This document shows, in pieces, positions 58,998 to 64,000 of a stretch of 64,000 nucleotides of DNA. The stretch is from assembly GCA_046296715.1 (NCBI GenBank), contig JBKBIN010000004.1, forward strand, positions 24,785 to 88,784. The letters run 5' to 3'. The position numbers and the translations under genes were made by a program. The notes under the pieces were generated by a model that did not search any database, was not told the DNA's origin, and saw only the letters and a program-made list of their open reading frames with translations. Position 1 is the stretch's first letter, and every line of letters starts with the position of its first letter. Source of the stretch: Candidatus Ratteibacteria bacterium (lineage in GTDB: Bacteria; Ratteibacteria; UBA8468; B48-G9; JAFGKM01).

Positions 58998-59447
58998 AAT
59001 TTACCTCTCCTTTTAAAATTTCTATATCTGAGAAAGGATTACTGAAAAGAGTATATTTTAAATTTTTTACAGGGTCATAAATGTATAATAAGAAAAATTC
59101 CTTTTTGCCATCTGGTTTAATTTTAAAAGTAATAGTTCCATTATTTTTTTCTTCTGTTTCATTTTTACAGGCATAAAAATCAAAGTTTGAAATAATCGGT
59201 TCAATTTGATTTTCTTGATCATTTCCAAACCAAAAAGAATTTTCATCAAGATTAAAAAAGAAATATATTGTTTGTTTATTAGAAACTGCAATTTTTTCAC
59301 CTTCTTTAATTTTATCTATTAATTTATTTAATTCTTCATCAGAAACTTCTAAAAAAAGAGATTTGAAAGAGGGTAAAATTAAAGAAAAAAAAACGAAATT
59401 ATCAGTAAAACTACAATCATTTCAAAAAAAGTAAATCCTTTATTCAA
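58984..59447 (-). pseudogene. gspH: Minor pseudopilin GspH, frameshifted at a T9 run (59385-59393)
   Basis: TTG-NKG|FTFFEMIVVLLIISFFFL* as read; adding one T gives an open 154-aa frame ...SLILPSFKS...F.I.PDG...NI* that fills the gspG-gspI gap. Confidence 0.8.
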
Positions 59448-59874
59448 TTTCTGAACTTGATATATCTGCATCTGGACCTTCTCCTCCTTCTTTTCCGTCT
59501 CTTCCATATGAAATAATTTCATAATCTTCTCCCTTTCTTCCAGGGCTTAAATATACATAATCATTATTCCAAGGATCCTTAGGAATAAAAGGTTTGTCAA
59601 GATATCCTCCTTCTCTCCATTTTTGAGGAATTCTACCAGTTGTTGGTTTTTCTATTAATGCTTTAAGTCCTTGTTCTGTAGAGGGATAAAAACCATTATC
59701 AAGATAAAATAATTTAAGTCCGCTTTCGAAACTTTTTATTTGGACTTTCGCAGCAGTAATTTTTGCATCATCAACTCTTTTCAAAAAAGAAGGAAAAATC
59801 AACATTGCAAGTAAACCAAGAATTATAATAACCACCATAAGTTCAATAAATGTGAAGCCCTTTTTTATATTCAT
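59440..59874 (-). CDS. gspG: Major pseudopilin GspG
   Basis: G|FTFIELMVV, YPSTEQGL.AL, DPW...Y.Y..PG, SYG.DG..GG. Confidence 0.96.
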   Translation of the reverse strand: MNIKKGFTFIELMVVIIILGLLAMLIFPSFLKRVDDAKITAAKVQIKSFESGLKLFYLDNGFYPSTEQGLKALIEKPTTGRIPQKWREGGYLDKPFIPKDPWNNDYVYLSPGRKGEDYEIISYGRDGKEGGEGPDADISSSEIE

Positions 59875-59884
59875 TTTCAGTCCT

Positions 59885-61081
59885 TTACTTTATTGATTGA
59901 GATATTTGAAAAATTGGTAATAAAACTGAAATTACAATAAAACTTATTATACCACCCATAAAAAGTATCATAAATGGTTCTAAAATCGTAACAAACTTTG
60001 TAGATTTTTGAGAAAGTTCTTCTTGATAAATATCGCCAATTTTATCAAGCATTTCTGCCAAATTTCCACTTCTTTCGCCAGCGCTTACAAGTTGAGTGAA
60101 TAAATAAGGAAAATATTTACTTCTGCTAAAACCAGATGAGATAGAACCACCTTTTGAGACATATTCTGTTAATTCTTCAATTTCTCTTTTAATGTTAATG
60201 CTATTTAAAACTTCTTTACTTATATTCAGTGAATCAATAATATCAACTCCTCCATTTATCAATATAGAAAGTGTTTTTGAAAAATTAATAATTTCTCTTT
60301 TTAAAAATATATCGTTTAAAAAAGGAACTCTCCATAAAATTTTTTCAAGTATTTCTTTCCCTTTGTCAGATTTTAAGAAATTTTTGACTAAAAGTAAAAG
60401 TAAAATAATAAGAAGGAAAAAATATATCCAGAAATATCTGAATAAATTAGCAATTTTAATCAATAATTTCGTCAATAAAGGTAAATTCAAAGAAACTTCA
60501 GTAAAAATTCTTGTAATTGTTGGAATGATAAATGATAAAATAAAAACCAAAACAAAGAAAGCAACAATAATCATAAATATAGGATATGTCATAATTGTTT
60601 TTATTTTGTTTTTGAAAACATTTCTTTTTTCCAGAAAATCTGATACTCTTAATAAAACAAGATCAAGATTTCCAGTACTTTCACCAACTTTTACCATAGA
60701 CACAATCATATTTGAGAATAAATCAGAGTGTTTTTTTAAAGCACTTGAAAAAGATGCTCCTTCTCTTATGCTTTTTTGTATATCTTGAAAAACAGTTTTT
60801 AATTTTCCTTCTTTCATTGGAACAATTAGTCCAGAAAGTGATTCATCAAGAGGTATTTTTGAACTTAAAAAAGTTGAAAGTTCTTTTATTGCTACAATTA
60901 AATCTTCTTCTCTTACCCTATTGAAAATCGCAAAATTTAATTTTTTCAATTCTTTTATATTTAATATGTAAAATCCATCTTTTTGAAGTTCATTCTTTAA
61001 ATTATTTATATTTTCGCTTTCTTTTTTTCCTTTTATTATTCTCCCTTTTTTATCTATAAGAGTATAAATAAAGGTAGGCAT
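59885..61081 (-). CDS. gspF: Type II secretion protein GspF
   Basis: GE.TGNL, YP, GERSGNL, LEP, LLPIF. Confidence 0.95.
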   Translation of the reverse strand: MPTFIYTLIDKKGRIIKGKKESENINNLKNELQKDGFYILNIKELKKLNFAIFNRVREEDLIVAIKELSTFLSSKIPLDESLSGLIVPMKEGKLKTVFQDIQKSIREGASFSSALKKHSDLFSNMIVSMVKVGESTGNLDLVLLRVSDFLEKRNVFKNKIKTIMTYPIFMIIVAFFVLVFILSFIIPTITRIFTEVSLNLPLLTKLLIKIANLFRYFWIYFFLLIILLLLLVKNFLKSDKGKEILEKILWRVPFLNDIFLKREIINFSKTLSILINGGVDIIDSLNISKEVLNSINIKREIEELTEYVSKGGSISSGFSRSKYFPYLFTQLVSAGERSGNLAEMLDKIGDIYQEELSQKSTKFVTILEPFMILFMGGIISFIVISVLLPIFQISQSIK

Positions 61082-61084
61082 TTT

Positions 61085-62602
61085 TTAAACATCCTGTGTT
61101 ACTCTTAATACTTCTGATATTGTTGTAAGTCCTCTTTTTATTTTATCAATTCCATCCATTCTTAATGTTTTCATTCCTCTCTTTATACCTTCTTTTTTAA
61201 TTTCGTTTGAAGATGCTCTTTTTAAAATAAGTTCTTTTATTACTTCGTCAATAACAAGTAATTCAAAAATACCTGTTCTTCCATAATATCCTTCGTTTAA
61301 ACAAAATTTACAACCTTTCCCTTTCATAAACTTACAATTTGTTAAATCTTTTTCATCTATTTCTGGAATTAATTCTAAAGGAGGTCTTTCTGGTTCTGAA
61401 CATTTTGGACAATTTAATCTTACTAATCTTTGAGCCATAACTCCTATTAAAGAAGATGCAAGTAAATATGGTTCTATTCCCATATCTATCAATCTTACAA
61501 TAGCACTTGAGGCATCATTTGTATGCAAAGTGCTGAAAACAAGATGACCTGTTAAAGATGCTTGTATTGCCATTTCTGCTGTTTCTCTATCTCTTATTTC
61601 TCCAACCATAATAACATTTGGGTCATGTCTTAATATAGATCTTAAACCATTTGCAAAAGTCAATCCTACTTTAGGATTTACCTGTATTTGATTAATTCCT
61701 TCAAGATTATATTCAACAGGGTCTTCAAGAGTTATAATATTTATTCCAGGATTATTTATTTTAGATAAAGCAGCATAAAGTGTTGTAGTTTTTCCACTAC
61801 CTGTTGGTCCTGTTAATAAAATAATTCCATGGTCATAATGAATTAATTGATTAAATTTTTTATAATTATCTTCAGAAAAACCAAGTTGTTCAAGCCCTAA
61901 TAAAAAAGTTTCTCTATCAAGTAATCTTAAAACAACTGATTCGCCAAAAAAAGTAGGAAGTATAGAAATTCTGACATCTATCTTTTTACTATCAACTTTT
62001 ATTGAAGTTCTTCCATCTTGTGGAATTCTTTTTTCTGCAATATCAAGATTAGACATTATTTTAATTCTTGTTACAATTGGTGGATGGTATTTTTTTGGAA
62101 GGACAAAAATATCATGAAGAATTCCATCTATTCTATATCTAACTTTTAAAGAAGTTTCCATAACTTGAAGATGAATATCGCTTGCTCTCATTGATATTGC
62201 CCTATAAATTATCTGATTTACTATTCTAATAACAGGTGCTTTGTTGGCAAGATCAAGAAGATTTGATGTTTCAGTATCAATATCTCCTTCTAAATGTAAT
62301 GATTCTTCTGTACTAAGATCATCAATTACTTTTTTAGACGAACTTGGATGATAATAAAATTTTTCAATAGATTCATTTATTTTCTCTTCGTTTGAAATAG
62401 CAATCTTTATATCTTTTTTAAGAATTGATTTTATTTCACCAATATCAAGATTTAGTGGATTATTTGTTATAATAAGAATTTCTCCATTTTCTCCATTAAC
62501 AGGAATAAAGCAGTTGTTTTTTAAAAAGTTATAAGGAAAAATATTTAAAATTTCAGGATCTATCCTGTCTTCAAAATTTTCTATCCATCTCAATTTATCC
62601 AT
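61085..62602 (-). CDS. gspE: Type II secretion ATPase GspE
   Basis: ASDIH, PQDGR, GPTGSGKTT, EDPVE, GEIRD, LHTND, tetracysteine motif. Confidence 0.96.
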   Translation of the reverse strand: MDKLRWIENFEDRIDPEILNIFPYNFLKNNCFIPVNGENGEILIITNNPLNLDIGEIKSILKKDIKIAISNEEKINESIEKFYYHPSSSKKVIDDLSTEESLHLEGDIDTETSNLLDLANKAPVIRIVNQIIYRAISMRASDIHLQVMETSLKVRYRIDGILHDIFVLPKKYHPPIVTRIKIMSNLDIAEKRIPQDGRTSIKVDSKKIDVRISILPTFFGESVVLRLLDRETFLLGLEQLGFSEDNYKKFNQLIHYDHGIILLTGPTGSGKTTTLYAALSKINNPGINIITLEDPVEYNLEGINQIQVNPKVGLTFANGLRSILRHDPNVIMVGEIRDRETAEMAIQASLTGHLVFSTLHTNDASSAIVRLIDMGIEPYLLASSLIGVMAQRLVRLNCPKCSEPERPPLELIPEIDEKDLTNCKFMKGKGCKFCLNEGYYGRTGIFELLVIDEVIKELILKRASSNEIKKEGIKRGMKTLRMDGIDKIKRGLTTISEVLRVTQDV

Positions 62603-64000
62603 CTTTATTTATCCCTTCTATTAATTTTTCTTTTTCTTGTTTTATTTTTTCTGCCTGTTCAAAAGTTGAAATTATGTGAGGTGTAATAAATATCATTAAA
62701 TTTGTTTTCACTGATTTAGTTGTTTCTTTTCTAAATAATTTACCAAGAAGTGGTATGTCTCCAAAAAATGGGACTTTTTGAATAGATTTTTCTGAATCAT
62801 TTCTTAATAATCCACCAAGAACAACTGTTTTTCCATTTGGAATTATTAAAGTTGTTTCTGCCTGTCTTTTTGCAGTTGTTGGTGCTTCAGGAATTCCTCC
62901 TTCAACAAGTTTTGTGACTTCTTGAGAAATTTTTAATCTTACATATTTATCTTGACTTATCTGAGGAGTTATTTTTAATATTATTCCAACATCTTTATAA
63001 TCATAACTTTTAACAACATCGCTACCCTGTCCGCTTGAATAAGTGTAAAACCTTGTTTCTTTTAAATAAGGTATATTTTCGCTTATATTAATTTTTGCTT
63101 CCTGATTATCTGCAGTTACAATCTGGGGAGTTGAAAGTATATTGAACTGACTATCCTTTGCATACATATTTATTAGGGCACCTACACTTAAAGGAAAAGT
63201 AAAGTCACCTTTATAAAAAGCAAGAGAAAGTCCTGATGGTGGAACTCCTGATGCAATATAAGAGGCAATATCTCCAAAGTTAGTTCCTGTAACACCTGTA
63301 TAATTTTCATTATTAAATTTCCATGATGTTGCCCATTCTATTCCAAGTTGTTTTGTTTTATCAATAGTTACTTCTGCAATTAATGCTTCAATTAAAACTT
63401 GATTTGTTAAGACATCCAGTTCTTTTATAATTTTTTCAATTGTATCAAAATCATTAGGGTCTGCATAAACAATTAGTGAATTTGTTGCTTTTACACTTAC
63501 AACTTGTGGTTGTATGGGTGCTGTTCTTGCTATAGGTCTAACAGCAGAAATCTTTTTTTGCAAAATTTGACCTAAAACTTTTGCAATTTCTTCAGCATCA
63601 GCATTTTGTAATTTAAATATTCTTATTTCCTCTTGTCCTGGTGGACTTGGTTTATCTATTTTTTCAATAATACCAATTATTTTCTTAATATTTTCACCAA
63701 TATCAGCAACAATTAGTGTATTTGTTCTTACATCAATTGTAATTTGACCTCCTTTTGAAATATAGGGTGTTATTATTTGAGAAATTGTATCTGATGGATA
63801 ATATTTTAAAGGGATTACTTGGATTATAAAATTTTCTTCTTTATTTTCTGGTATATCTGTAATATTTATATCTTTTGTTCTTATTTTACCTTCGGAAAGA
63901 GGAATAATTAATGATAAATTCTCTTTTTTTATAACAGTAAAACCATAGAAGTTTAATATAGATTTAAAAACCCTGTGAATATTTTCAATTGGAACTGGAG
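62595..64000 (-). CDS. gspD: Secretin GspD, 5'-truncated by the window edge
   Basis: Frame is open to 64000 (checked manually); QVLIEALI.EV, DVGI.L.ITP, VLGGL, VP..GDIP.LG.LF. Confidence 0.93.
   Translation of the reverse strand, partial: PVPIENIHRVFKSILNFYGFTVIKKENLSLIIPLSEGKIRTKDINITDIPENKEENFIIQVIPLKYYPSDTISQIITPYISKGGQITIDVRTNTLIVADIGENIKKIIGIIEKIDKPSPPGQEEIRIFKLQNADAEEIAKVLGQILQKKISAVRPIARTAPIQPQVVSVKATNSLIVYADPNDFDTIEKIIKELDVLTNQVLIEALIAEVTIDKTKQLGIEWATSWKFNNENYTGVTGTNFGDIASYIASGVPPSGLSLAFYKGDFTFPLSVGALINMYAKDSQFNILSTPQIVTADNQEAKINISENIPYLKETRFYTYSSGQGSDVVKSYDYKDVGIILKITPQISQDKYVRLKISQEVTKLVEGGIPEAPTTAKRQAETTLIIPNGKTVVLGGLLRNDSEKSIQKVPFFGDIPLLGKLFRKETTKSVKTNLMIFITPHIISTFEQAEKIKQEKEKLIEGINKDG

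Noticed and set aside
59067..59300. 77-aa ORF in the ORF track
   Set aside because: Out-of-frame shadow inside the frameshifted gspH
1815..60924. Numerous 60-200 aa antisense or alternate-frame ORFs (e.g. 5615..6085, 6398..6871, 12958..13548, 60192..60788)
   Set aside because: They lie within well-supported genes, are F/S/I-rich mirror translations, and lack RBSs or motifs

Overview
Very AT-rich, densely packed core-chromosome segment of a diderm, probably anaerobic bacterium. The gene content and protein style suggest a PVC-associated candidate lineage such as Omnitrophota/Ratteibacteria; this is an inference only. All calls come from motif recognition by eye, with no database search. The window holds about 65 housekeeping and accessory CDSs: ybeY-dgkA-recO, a two-subunit fumarase, ilvD-thiC-def, purE-purC-sua5, a gyrB-gyrA-archease-dksA-lspA-lgt-FHA-clpB run, purB, miaA, archaeal-type thyA, polX, an ECF sigma/anti-sigma pair, polA-bamD-lptE-holA, and a type II secretion operon gspD-M running off the right edge. 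There are three tRNAs (Arg-GCG, Pro-CGG, Gly-CCC). No mobile element, prophage or CRISPR was seen. The most notable observations are: (1) gspH is broken by a 1-nt frameshift in a T9 run; (2) an ApgM-like pseudoenzyme is coupled to purB; (3) PurE is class II and sits behind a perfect 51-bp promoter duplication; (4) an uncalled 33-aa membrane ORF precedes a sodium:solute symporter; (5) the same ECF-type promoter motif lies upstream of the ECF sigma gene and clpB; (6) tRNA-Arg has anticodon GCG; (7) a PilGHI/Xap-like ABC module; and (8) archease with no adjacent RtcB. I cannot show a clearly new multi-gene system from sequence alone; these are the best leads.
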